Shown: one piece after another, positions 30,012 through 38,221 of the stretch | How positions within the stretch are numbered: position 1 is the stretch's first letter | How the letters are laid out: each line of letters starts with the position of its first letter | From: Nitrospirales bacterium | Lineage (GTDB): Bacteria > Nitrospirota > Nitrospiria > Nitrospirales > NS-4 | Reading direction: 5' to 3' | Assembly: GCA_045403215.1 (NCBI GenBank) | Contig: JAXIOW010000111.1 | Span: 1 to 41,385 of the forward strand | DNA length: 41,385 bases | Program-made: the position numbers and the translations under genes | The notes under the pieces: model-generated | Database searches by the model: none | What the model was told of the DNA's origin: nothing | The model's input: only the letters and a program-made list of their open reading frames with translations

Positions 30012-30184
30012 ATCAGGTTCGCGGGTCCTGTCGCCGAGTCACCCTGACGTGCTCAGAGCCTTTCGCCGTCGAAGCCCCGCGGACTCGGCTGTAGGCTCTT
30101 CCGCTCCGCCAGGGTCCCGCTCGGCGCCACCCGCTGTTAAATCCAGCACTCGCCTTTGGAAAATGGGATGAATGGAGAAAAGTG

Positions 30185-31915
30185 ATGGATTGGCCCGTTG
30201 AGCGGACGGCGAGGCTGGCGGCAGGCCACGGGGACGGCGTGCTGTCGAATGTGAACTTCGGGGAAGTCCTGCCGTTCGTCGCCAAGCCGCTGGTCAGGGA
30301 CTACCTCGCACGGTATATCGGCCCGATCCTGGGCGGCCAGTTTGCGGGCCTGCCGCGCACCGACCCGCTGGTCCTGGACCTGAACCCGATCGCCTTCGTC
30401 GCCGGCCGGTCCTACATGGACCTGTCGGTGTACCTGAACATGCCGGCGGTGCGCTACCACCTCGAGAGCCTGGAAGCCGTCGACCAAGCGAAAGGACAGG
30501 CCATCATCGCGCTCGTGCGGGCCGGGCGGCTGAGGCCCATGCCGATCCCGTTCAGCGCGCGCGTGCGCCTCCACCTGGCCTACGTCCGAATGAGCCTGCG
30601 CTCGCTGGGCTGGCTCCTCCGGCGCCGGACGCCGGTGAAGTTGCTCGCTGCCTATGCGCGCAGGACCGACTGTCTGCGCGAGCTGGCTCGGCATCCGGTG
30701 GAACAGGGATCGCCCGCGACGCTGCTCATTGAGATGGAGGAGTGGCTCGAGCACGAAGACGACCCGACCAGGGAGGGCCTCCGCCACTTGGGCGTTGCGA
30801 TGTTCCTCCACACGGCCGTTCAGCGGATCTGTGCGGGGCGCGTGTCCTTCTCGCAGCTCGCTGACCTGGGCAAAGGCATCCCCAACAATCCCACCACCAT
30901 CATCTCTTTGGACTTGTGGGCCTTGGCCCTGGAGGCCCGCCCCCTGGCCGACCTCTTTGAGAACACCCCGGCCGACAAACTGGCGACCGCCCTCCAAACA
31001 ACGGAGGCCGGACGCCGCTGGTGGAATCGCTTCGACGAATTTCTGGCTCGGCATGGCCACCGCGGGGAGGTGGAACTGGACCTGTCAACGCCACGCTGGG
31101 CAGAGGATCCCACGTTCTTGTTGCAGGCCGTCGCCAATTACCTGCGCCACCCGAGCGGCATTCCGACGCCGCCCGAGATGCTGGCCCAGGGCGTCCGCCA
31201 GCGCGTGGAAGCCGTCGAGACGATTCGATCCCTGCTGCCCCTACCCCTGCGATGGCTGTTCGGGTGGCTCTACGAGCGGTATGTCCTGTGGCTGCCGTTT
31301 CGGGAAGCCGCCAAGTACGTCTGGCTGATCGGGTTTGCCCACGCTCGACGGGTCTACCGGGAACTCGGACGCCGGCTCGCCGTGTCCGGACATCTCAAAG
31401 AAATCGACGATGTCTTCTGGCTGCAGTTGAATGAAGTACGCTCCTGGGCTGAAACAGGGACCGCTTCGTGGACACAGGAGATGCTGAAGGCGCGAGAGCG
31501 CGAGTGGCGGGAATGGACGACGCTCAGTCCGCCTTCCTTGATCGTCGGCTGCGTCGGAATCGAAGACACGACCGTCCTGAGCGTGCCGCTGCCCGGATCA
31601 CGGGTGCTGCGCGGGACGCCGGTCTCCTCGGGCGAGGCCGAAGGGCTCGCCCGCGTGATCACGGACCCGCACCAGGCCGACCTGCGCCCGGGCGAGATCC
31701 TGGTCACCCGCTATACCGATCCCGCCTGGACGCCGCTGTTCTTCACGGCCGGCGCCTTGATCACCGAGATCGGCGGCGTGTTGAGCCACGGCGCGGTGAT
31801 CGCCCGCGAGATCGGCCTGCCGGCGATTGTCGGCGTGGCAGACGCGACCACCCGCATCAACTCGGGCCGCCGCGTGAAAGTCAACGCACACGACGGGACG
31901 GTGGAATTGCTCTGA
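30185..31915 (+). CDS. PEP-utilizing enzyme mobile-domain protein lacking the N-terminal ATP-grasp domain
   Basis: The C-terminus reads GTPVSSGEAEGLARVI...GEILVTRYTDPAWTPLFFTAGALITEIGGVLSHGAVIAREIGLPAIVG, the swivelling phosphohistidine domain. The N-terminus begins at the linker-type motif (SNVNFGEVLP) that normally follows the PPDK_N ATP-grasp. GGAG SD before ATG 30185 (GTG 30182 is also possible). Confidence 0.75.
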   Translation: MDWPVERTARLAAGHGDGVLSNVNFGEVLPFVAKPLVRDYLARYIGPILGGQFAGLPRTDPLVLDLNPIAFVAGRSYMDLSVYLNMPAVRYHLESLEAVDQAKGQAIIALVRAGRLRPMPIPFSARVRLHLAYVRMSLRSLGWLLRRRTPVKLLAAYARRTDCLRELARHPVEQGSPATLLIEMEEWLEHEDDPTREGLRHLGVAMFLHTAVQRICAGRVSFSQLADLGKGIPNNPTTIISLDLWALALEARPLADLFENTPADKLATALQTTEAGRRWWNRFDEFLARHGHRGEVELDLSTPRWAEDPTFLLQAVANYLRHPSGIPTPPEMLAQGVRQRVEAVETIRSLLPLPLRWLFGWLYERYVLWLPFREAAKYVWLIGFAHARRVYRELGRRLAVSGHLKEIDDVFWLQLNEVRSWAETGTASWTQEMLKAREREWREWTTLSPPSLIVGCVGIEDTTVLSVPLPGSRVLRGTPVSSGEAEGLARVITDPHQADLRPGEILVTRYTDPAWTPLFFTAGALITEIGGVLSHGAVIAREIGLPAIVGVADATTRINSGRRVKVNAHDGTVELL

Positions 31916-31951
31916 CTTGCTGACTCAACAAGACCGGCGTACACTATTTGT

Positions 31952-32539
31952 ATGTCGCGCGCCGGCATTCCTCTTCTTGTCGCGTTCCTTTCTACCATCC
32001 TCCTCCCTCTGTCCGCCACAGCCGAACCGGAGCTGTGGGTCTGCAAACGGGCCGATGGCTCGACGATGTTCACGGACCACGTCCCGACCCTCGCCGGCTG
32101 CAGCGCCTACACCGTCCGTTCCGAGCTGGGCTATCTCAAACGCGCCGCGGAACCTCCGGCGGTCAAGCAGGAAGCGCCCACGCCGCCTGAGCCGAGGGTG
32201 CAGGCGCAGACCGCACTTCCGCCGATCACCATCAACATCGTCATCAGCGCCCCGCCTCCACTGCCTCCGCCGGTCCAAATGCTGGCCCCGGTCGGAGAGA
32301 TCCCCTTCGAGACCTACCGAATGTTGTCGGTGGGCATGACCGAAGCGGAAGTGCTGGGGCGCGCCGGGCTGCCTCAAACGACGTATATCGGCAGCGCCTA
32401 CCCGTTCAGCTCGCCCTATCCGTTCTGGCCCATCTTCGGCGCGAACCGGTTCGTGTACTCCAGCGGCGACTGGATCGTGGAGCTCACGTTCACCGGCGGC
32501 CGCGTCCTCTCGATCAACCAAACACGCCTCAGACCGTGA
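31952..32539 (+). CDS. Secreted DUF4124-like protein
   Basis: Signal peptide (LLVAFLSTILLPLSATA), then the DUF4124-type motif ELWVCKRADGSTMFTDHVP, a Pro-rich linker and a C-terminal globular segment. Confidence 0.6.
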   Translation: MSRAGIPLLVAFLSTILLPLSATAEPELWVCKRADGSTMFTDHVPTLAGCSAYTVRSELGYLKRAAEPPAVKQEAPTPPEPRVQAQTALPPITINIVISAPPPLPPPVQMLAPVGEIPFETYRMLSVGMTEAEVLGRAGLPQTTYIGSAYPFSSPYPFWPIFGANRFVYSSGDWIVELTFTGGRVLSINQTRLRP

Positions 32540-32582
32540 CTCGATTCAACCACCAGTAAACTTCGCCTCCTGGAAACAGAAC

Positions 32583-32610
32583 GGCCTCCGGAGGCTGTCC
32601 TCCGGAGGCC
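32583..32610. terminator. Perfect 12-bp GC-rich hairpin (GGCCTCCGGAGG-ctgt-CCTCCGGAGGCC) between convergent genes
   Basis: The stem and 4-nt loop were read directly from the sequence. There is no U-tract on either strand, so its role as an intrinsic terminator is uncertain. Confidence 0.45.
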
Positions 32611-32623
32611 GTCCACGGTGGGT

Positions 32624-32658
32624 GTGGGAGGGGCGCTTTTAGCGGGGCCCCCTCCCAC
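32624..32658. terminator. Second hairpin (GTGGGAGGGG ... CCCCTCCCAC) between convergent genes
   Basis: 10-bp outer stem with a TTTTA-containing loop. It lies 19 nt downstream of the rhlE stop on the minus strand. Confidence 0.4.
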
Positions 32659-32676
32659 TATGACGTAAGGGTCGGC

Positions 32677-33939
32677 TTACGCCCTGTGAGACGATTTGGC
32701 GTGGACTGGTCGTCCGGGTCTGAACCCGGAGGGCCGTCCCGGCCTGTCGCCCCTCTGGCCATTGTGGCCATTGCCGCGCGGGGTGTGCGCCTGGGGTACG
32801 GGATGCGCGGGGGGCCTGCTGCCGGCCGCGAGAGGAACCGGTTGGCCCAGCAGCTTCTCGATGGCCCGCAGTTGCACGTGATCGTCCGCCGTCACGAAGC
32901 TCGTGGCCCGGCCGCTCGCCTTCACGCGGGCGGTCCGCCCGATCCGGTGGATGTAATCCTCCGGCGTGTTCGGCAGGTCGTAGTTGACGACATGCCCGAT
33001 GTTGGCCACGTCAATGCCGCGGGCCGCGATGTCCGTGGCCACCAAAACCCGGAATGTGCCCCGGCGGAATCCTTCCAAGGCCGCCCGCCGCTGCGACAGG
33101 CTCCGGTTGCCGTGGATGATCGCCACCCTGTGGCCGGCGTTGCCGAGCGCCCGCCCCAGTCGGTCGGCGCCGTGTTTCGTGCGCGTAAAGACGAGGACCG
33201 AATCGCGGTCCTGCCCGAGCAGAGCGAGCATCAGCTTGGTCTTGTCCTCCCGTGTCGTATGATGCAGGGCCTGCTCGGCCCGCTCGGCGGGAGCCGACGA
33301 GCGGCCGATTGTCACCCGCACCGGGTCCTTGACGCTGGCTCGCGCGAGCTCGGCGACATCCGTCGGCAGCGTCGCGGAGAAGAGCAAGGTCTGCCGCTCT
33401 TCCGGCAGCGCCTCCAGGATCTGGTTGATTTGGAGCGCAAAGCCCATGTCCAGCATGCGGTCCGCTTCGTCCAGCACCAGGATCTGCATCTTCATCAGAT
33501 TGATGGTCCCGTTCCACATATGGTCCAGGAGCCGTCCCGGCGTCGCCACGATGATGTCCGGGCGCTGGCGAAGACCGCGAAGCTGGGCATTCATGTCGGC
33601 GCCGCCCACGATCGTCGTCGCGTACACGCGCCGGCTGTGTCCCAATTTCGAGATCGCTTCCTGGATCTGGATGGCCAGCTCCCTGGTGGGCGCCAGGATC
33701 AACCCGCGGGGAAAGCCTTCCGACTTGCCGGCCAGGCGCTCGACCATCGGAATCACGAAGGCCGCGGTCTTGCCCGTGCCGGTCTGCGCGCATCCGAGCA
33801 CGTCGCGCCCGGCCAGCCCGGGGGGAATGGCCTGGGCCTGGATGGGCATAGGTTCGGTGAACCCCGCCCTGGCGATATCGCGCAAGATGGCCTCGGACAA
33901 ACCGAGATTACTGAAACTGCTGTGAACAGTCGTCTGCAC
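32677..33939 (-). CDS. rhlE: DEAD-box ATP-dependent RNA helicase (RhlE-like)
   Basis: Q-motif region, AQTGTGKT, PTRELA, DEAD (VLDEADRMLDMGF), SAT, HRIGRTAR, and a basic Arg/Gly/Pro-rich tail. GTG start with an AAGGAAGAG SD. Confidence 0.93.
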   Translation of the reverse strand: MQTTVHSSFSNLGLSEAILRDIARAGFTEPMPIQAQAIPPGLAGRDVLGCAQTGTGKTAAFVIPMVERLAGKSEGFPRGLILAPTRELAIQIQEAISKLGHSRRVYATTIVGGADMNAQLRGLRQRPDIIVATPGRLLDHMWNGTINLMKMQILVLDEADRMLDMGFALQINQILEALPEERQTLLFSATLPTDVAELARASVKDPVRVTIGRSSAPAERAEQALHHTTREDKTKLMLALLGQDRDSVLVFTRTKHGADRLGRALGNAGHRVAIIHGNRSLSQRRAALEGFRRGTFRVLVATDIAARGIDVANIGHVVNYDLPNTPEDYIHRIGRTARVKASGRATSFVTADDHVQLRAIEKLLGQPVPLAAGSRPPAHPVPQAHTPRGNGHNGQRGDRPGRPSGFRPGRPVHAKSSHRA

Positions 33940-34106
33940 AAACTCTTCCTTTCGGTGTGGATCGCATTGTCACGGATTCAGAAAACTGAGGGGAGTCAGG
34001 ATCGGGTGGGAAACTGCTCCAAACAGGACCTGAGCGCGATGCGATCGCGGGTCCGGAGTATGGTTACCGTCACCGCCGCCGGACCGTCTCGGCGATGACT
34101 AGGCAC

Positions 34107-34135
34107 ACTGTACTAGACTAAACCCTAATTGTCAA
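34107..34135 (-). promoter_or_regulatory. Candidate sigma70 promoter TTGACA-N17-TACAGT with an AT-rich UP-like tract, giving rhlE a 5' UTR of roughly 160 nt
   Basis: The minus strand reads atttaatttaaataaTTTGACAattagggtttagtctagTACAGTgtgcc. This is the only strongly AT-rich tract in the region. Confidence 0.4.
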
Positions 34136-34209
34136 ATTATTTAAATTAAATGCCTAATCACTAGTTCCACTCGCCACCTGCAGGCTACGCCGGGCACCTT
34201 TTGAAGAGA

Positions 34210-34734
34210 TCAGCTCAGTTTGCGTTGCTCAATCTCCGCGACAATGGCGCGTTGAAGTTTCGCGGCGGCGGCCGCCTTATCCTGCTCCATCTTGTGTTTC
34301 GACAACTCGCCGACCTTCTGTATAGACAACTGGCCGACACGCTGGCGATAGGCGTAAAGCGCATGGAGTACGCTGCAAATGGTTCCCTCGTCCTCTCCCG
34401 ATGAGGCCGCCACCTTCTCCACGTGCGCACGAACAGCCGGGCTCGGCTGCGTGGTCTCACCCCCAATCAGCGTGGCCTCGTAGGCAGCAAGCTGAGCTTC
34501 TTTCTCCTGTGTGTCCATGTCGAGCAACGGCTGCAGCGCGGCAAGGTACGTGAACACATCGACGCCGGTCTCGGCAGCTTCATGGCTTAAGTCCAGGTCA
34601 GGCGGCCACAACCCCCATGGTCTTCCGTGCATGTAGATCTGCTTGACTTCATCAGGGTTCAGCTTGGCCTGTTGGGCGAGGAATCCGAAGAAGCCGGATA
34701 CGGTCATCAACTCCCTCAATTCAGTCTCGTTCAT
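34210..34734 (-). CDS. Hypothetical protein (174 aa), orphan, lower-GC cassette gene 2
   Basis: The ATG at 34734 overlaps the upstream stop (ATGA). The composition is protein-like. The C-terminal third is a predicted helical/coiled segment (KHKMEQDKAAAAAKLQRAIVAEIEQRKL). No family recognised. Confidence 0.5.
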   Translation of the reverse strand: MNETELRELMTVSGFFGFLAQQAKLNPDEVKQIYMHGRPWGLWPPDLDLSHEAAETGVDVFTYLAALQPLLDMDTQEKEAQLAAYEATLIGGETTQPSPAVRAHVEKVAASSGEDEGTICSVLHALYAYRQRVGQLSIQKVGELSKHKMEQDKAAAAAKLQRAIVAEIEQRKLS

Positions 34735-34988
34735 GGTAGGCCCGCTGTTGCGATTTTCTCTGGAGCCACCGCCATGTAAAGTTGAATCAGGTGCTGCCTC
34801 GCGTTCCGCAACAGCTTGAAGTTCGTCTCCACTCTTGTGGCAAGTTCGATCAGGACCCACCCCTTGCGTTTCTTATAGTGCCCCACGTGATAGACCGGAT
34901 TAATGCAGAAGCACTTGGCGAAGGTCACGAAGCCAGGAGAGTTCGCGACCGCTTGGTTGGGTTCCTGCATCACGCTCTCAATCTCCAT
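34731..34988 (-). CDS. Hypothetical protein (85 aa), orphan, lower-GC cassette gene 1
   Basis: The ATG at 34988 has an AAAGGG SD about 7 nt upstream (GTG 34994 is also open). Translationally coupled to gene 2. No family recognised. Confidence 0.45.
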   Translation of the reverse strand: MEIESVMQEPNQAVANSPGFVTFAKCFCINPVYHVGHYKKRKGWVLIELATRVETNFKLLRNARQHLIQLYMAVAPEKIATAGLP

Positions 34989-35111
34989 CAGCACACCCTT
35001 TCAGAAAGACTCAGGCGCAAGAGCGGCGGAGACTGGGGAATCGATCGCGTAAGGAGGGATCAGGAAACGCGAGGGATAGGATAGCCAGCGGAGCTCAACA
35101 CGTCATGCGTC

Positions 35112-35140
35112 ATACTACGCGGGAAAGGTCGGCCTGTCAA
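35112..35140 (-). promoter_or_regulatory. Near-consensus sigma70 promoter TTGACA-N17-TAGTAT for the orphan cassette
   Basis: The minus strand reads ggaTTGACAggccgacctttcccgcgTAGTATgacg. The leader to ATG 34988 is about 110 nt. Confidence 0.5.
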
Positions 35141-35167
35141 TCCGTATTTCTTGAGCCTGTGAGAGTG

Positions 35168-35416
35168 TTACGCTCCCCCTAGCCGGTGGCAGCGGAGGCA
35201 GTCCTGGCGCTTCGGATGCCGCTCCTTGAGCGGCCGCTCCCCACCTTTCACATGACAGGCCAGACAGTCCTTCTCCAGCTTGATGCCGTGGTGGGCTAGA
35301 TCGTTGGGGACCGGCGGGTTATTGTCTCGAGGCCCCGGCAGCAGCATGACGAAGATGATGACGGCCAGGATCAGACCGATGAAGACAAAATCGGATTTCT
35401 GAAGGCGGAACCTCAT
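35168..35416 (-). CDS. Membrane-anchored diheme c-type cytochrome (82 aa)
   Basis: N-terminal TM helix (FVFIGLILAVIIFVMLL) and two CxxCH heme-binding motifs (CLACH, CLRCH). The ATG overlaps the stop of the upstream oxidoreductase (ATGA). Confidence 0.7.
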   Translation of the reverse strand: MRFRLQKSDFVFIGLILAVIIFVMLLPGPRDNNPPVPNDLAHHGIKLEKDCLACHVKGGERPLKERHPKRQDCLRCHRLGGA

Positions 35417-38205
35417 TCATAGGCCTCTCGCAACAGCTCGGCGATGTGCCGCACCTCCACCTCGCCGCGCAGTCCATTCTTGAGCTGGATCATGCAGGCC
35501 GGGCACGAGGTCGCCACCACTTGCGCGCCGCTGTCCCGGATCGCCGCGCGCTTGCGCTCGAAGATCTTCTGCGAGGTCGCATAGTCCTTCACGCAGAACG
35601 TCCCCGCTCCGCCGGCGCAGCGGTCGGCGTCCCGCATCTCGACGAACGTCACGCCGGGTAGGCGCTTGATCAGATCGCGCGGCGGCTTGCTCACCCCGGC
35701 CGCGCGCAGGTGGCACGACGAGTGATAGGTGACCGTCTTCGCGCAGGGCTTGGTCGGCGCGGCCTTCAGGCCCTCACCTGCGAGGAACTCCGAGATGTGA
35801 CGAACCTTGCCCGCAACGGCCTCCGCTCGCTTCCGCTCCTCGCCCTGGAACCACTTGGGATAATCTTTCAGGCTCAGCGTGCAGGACGCGCAGCCGGTCA
35901 CGATCGAGTCAAACCGGCTGAGCGACTCGACATTGAACCGGGCGTAGGCCTTCACGCGATCCATGTGGCCGTAGGTTTCGATCGGCGTGCCCGAACATTT
36001 CTGCCGAGGCAGGACCGGCTCGACCCCGTTCTTCCTCAACACGGCGATCACGGCATTCCCCACCCCGTCCTGGAAGTAGTTGGCCGCGCACCCGTGGAAG
36101 TAGGCGACCGGTCCGTGGTGTCCACGCTCTTCCGTCAGCTCGGCGCACCGCTCGCGCAGCAACTTGGAGGCCAGTCTCGGCAGCACCATCTCCGCAGGCA
36201 GCTTCGCCGTCGGGGCAAGGAGCCACAGCAGTGGCGCCAGCGCCCGCTCCATGATCGTGCGCGGCAGCGGCCGATCCCAGAGCCCCTGCGTCTTGCCCAT
36301 GAGCTTGATGAACGGCTCAAAGAGCCAGGGCGTCCCCTGCCAGGCGAAGAGGGCCCCGGCCAACTTGTTGGGATGCTCGGCCCGCCGTTGCATGATGAGG
36401 TCCGACACGTCCACGCCGGCGGGACAAATCGTCCGGCAGGACTTGCAGTTGACGCAGGCCTCCACGACCCGCTTCGAGTTCAAATACTCGTAGCCCGGCG
36501 CCGTGACGATTTCGAACCAGCCGCGCGAGCTCATGTCCTCCGACTGGAAGACGTCGTAGACCGGGCAGACCGAGTTGCACTTTCCACAAGTAGCGCAGGG
36601 TTTGGAGAGCCGCACGTAGTCGATGTGCTCCGTGAAGGGCGTGGTGCTGATCTTGACGCCGGGGTTCAGGACGCTGCGGGGATCGAAGGCCGCCTTGACC
36701 TGCTTGAAGAGCGCGTAGAGCTCCTCGCCGAAGTACTTGGGCACGAACTCCGCGCGCACGCGCCCGTCGCCGTGCTCGCCGCAGATGGATCCGCCGAACC
36801 GCGTGACGACCGTCTGATGGATCTCATGATAGCCCGCGACCATCGCTTCGAAATCGCGCTTGTCGCTGACGTCCAGCAGGGGCACGATGTGGGCGTTGCC
36901 GTTGCCGATGTGGCCGAAGATGGCGACATTCACGTCCTGCCCCTTGAAGAACGCGGAAAGATACGAGACCAGTTCCGTGATCCGGTCGGCCGGCACGACG
37001 ACATCATCCACGTAGTTGATGGGCTTCTTCTTCGCATCGTAGCGGTAGAGCGTCGGGTAGAGGGCGTTACGGGCCTTCCAGAGCTGCTCCTGGTGCTCGT
37101 GCTCGACCGCGATCGTGGGGTCTTGGCAGAGGCGGTACTTCCGGCAGATAGCTTTGACCTGCTCCAGTATCGCGGTGATCGGCAGGAGGCTTCCATCGAA
37201 CTCCGCGAGCAGAGTCGCCGCCGCATCAACCGGCACGCCGTGCGCCGCGCGCCCGATCAGATTGAGCGTGTTGGCGTCCATCACCTCCAGCGCCATCGGG
37301 GTCAGGGGCAGCAGGTCGAAGACCGCCTGGCCGACATCCTCCAGGTACCGGAAATGGATGAGCGCGGTCGCCGTCGCCTTCGGCTTCTCGACGAGTTTGA
37401 GCGTCGCCTCGCTGATAACGCCCAGCGTGCCCTCGCTTCCCACGAAGAGCTTCGGCAGGTCCACGATGCCCTGGTCCAGGCCGTCCACCAGCCCGAACAG
37501 GTTATAGCCGGTGCTGTTCTTGGAGACTTTGGGCTTCTTGCTACGGATGAGGTCGGCGCGCTTTCGCACCAGGACGAGGGTCTCGGCAAGCGACGGATGG
37601 GCGGCCAGCAACGCGTCGGTGGCGGGATCACCGTCAGCCAGCGCCTCGGCGTCCAGCCAGGCGCCAGAGGCGAGATGGATCCGGATGGCGTGGACGTTGT
37701 CCTTGACCGAGCCGTAGCGGAGCGTGTGCGGGCCGGCGGAATTGTTCGCGAGCATGCCGCCGAGCTTGCACATGTCGCGGCTGGAGGGATCGGGCCCGAA
37801 CATGAGCCCGTGCGGCTCGAGCTGCTTGTTGAACTCGTTCAAGTTCAGGCCCGGCTGGACCCGCACCCACCGCTCCTCGGCGTTCAACTCGAGGATGCGT
37901 TTCATCCGTCCGCAGTCGAGGATGATCCCCTCGCCAACCGCCGAGCCGGTGAGGTTCGTGCCCGCGGCCCGCGGGGTGATCGGGACGCCGGCGGACACCG
38001 CATAGGCCACCGTCGCGGCGATGTCGTCCTCGGTCTCGGCCGTCACGACAGCCTTGGGCACGACCTTGTAGATGCTGGCGTCGACCGAGTAGGCCGTGAT
38101 CGTGGGGAAGTCGTCCTTGACCTTGTCGGCGCCGAGCGTCCGCCGGAGGTCGTTGGCGATGGAGCGGGCCTTGTCAGGAAGGATCAGTGCGGGCGCCTCG
38201 CTCAC
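35413..38205 (-). CDS. Fusion oxidoreductase: FAD-linked oxidase (GlcD/D-lactate dehydrogenase-like) + 2x[4Fe-4S] + CCG-domain (GlcF/HdrD-like) module
   Basis: FAD PCMH domain (PRAAGTNLTGSAVGEGIILD), FAD-oxidase C-terminal region, CATCGKCNSVCP and CVNCKSCRTICP ferredoxin motifs, and two Cys-rich CCG-type segments (GCAANYF..., HSSCHLR...). 930 aa with a GTG start and no signal peptide. Confidence 0.9.
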   Translation of the reverse strand: MSEAPALILPDKARSIANDLRRTLGADKVKDDFPTITAYSVDASIYKVVPKAVVTAETEDDIAATVAYAVSAGVPITPRAAGTNLTGSAVGEGIILDCGRMKRILELNAEERWVRVQPGLNLNEFNKQLEPHGLMFGPDPSSRDMCKLGGMLANNSAGPHTLRYGSVKDNVHAIRIHLASGAWLDAEALADGDPATDALLAAHPSLAETLVLVRKRADLIRSKKPKVSKNSTGYNLFGLVDGLDQGIVDLPKLFVGSEGTLGVISEATLKLVEKPKATATALIHFRYLEDVGQAVFDLLPLTPMALEVMDANTLNLIGRAAHGVPVDAAATLLAEFDGSLLPITAILEQVKAICRKYRLCQDPTIAVEHEHQEQLWKARNALYPTLYRYDAKKKPINYVDDVVVPADRITELVSYLSAFFKGQDVNVAIFGHIGNGNAHIVPLLDVSDKRDFEAMVAGYHEIHQTVVTRFGGSICGEHGDGRVRAEFVPKYFGEELYALFKQVKAAFDPRSVLNPGVKISTTPFTEHIDYVRLSKPCATCGKCNSVCPVYDVFQSEDMSSRGWFEIVTAPGYEYLNSKRVVEACVNCKSCRTICPAGVDVSDLIMQRRAEHPNKLAGALFAWQGTPWLFEPFIKLMGKTQGLWDRPLPRTIMERALAPLLWLLAPTAKLPAEMVLPRLASKLLRERCAELTEERGHHGPVAYFHGCAANYFQDGVGNAVIAVLRKNGVEPVLPRQKCSGTPIETYGHMDRVKAYARFNVESLSRFDSIVTGCASCTLSLKDYPKWFQGEERKRAEAVAGKVRHISEFLAGEGLKAAPTKPCAKTVTYHSSCHLRAAGVSKPPRDLIKRLPGVTFVEMRDADRCAGGAGTFCVKDYATSQKIFERKRAAIRDSGAQVVATSCPACMIQLKNGLRGEVEVRHIAELLREAYE

Positions 38206-38221
38206 GGGGACAGTCCCATTC

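Noticed and set aside
30012-30184. Possible pseudogenised remnant of the missing ATP-grasp domain upstream of the PEP-utilizer gene. A tRNA-like T-arm string ggttcgcgggtcc occurs near 30016.
   Set aside because: Translation in the gene's frame hits TAG at 30092 and gives no recognisable motif. 170 bp is far too short for a ~300-aa domain. No acceptor or anticodon stems can be built around the T-arm-like string.
34989-35105. Tiny ORF (ATG ACG TGT TGA) in the leader of the orphan cassette.
   Set aside because: It is three codons long with no SD, and is most likely fortuitous.
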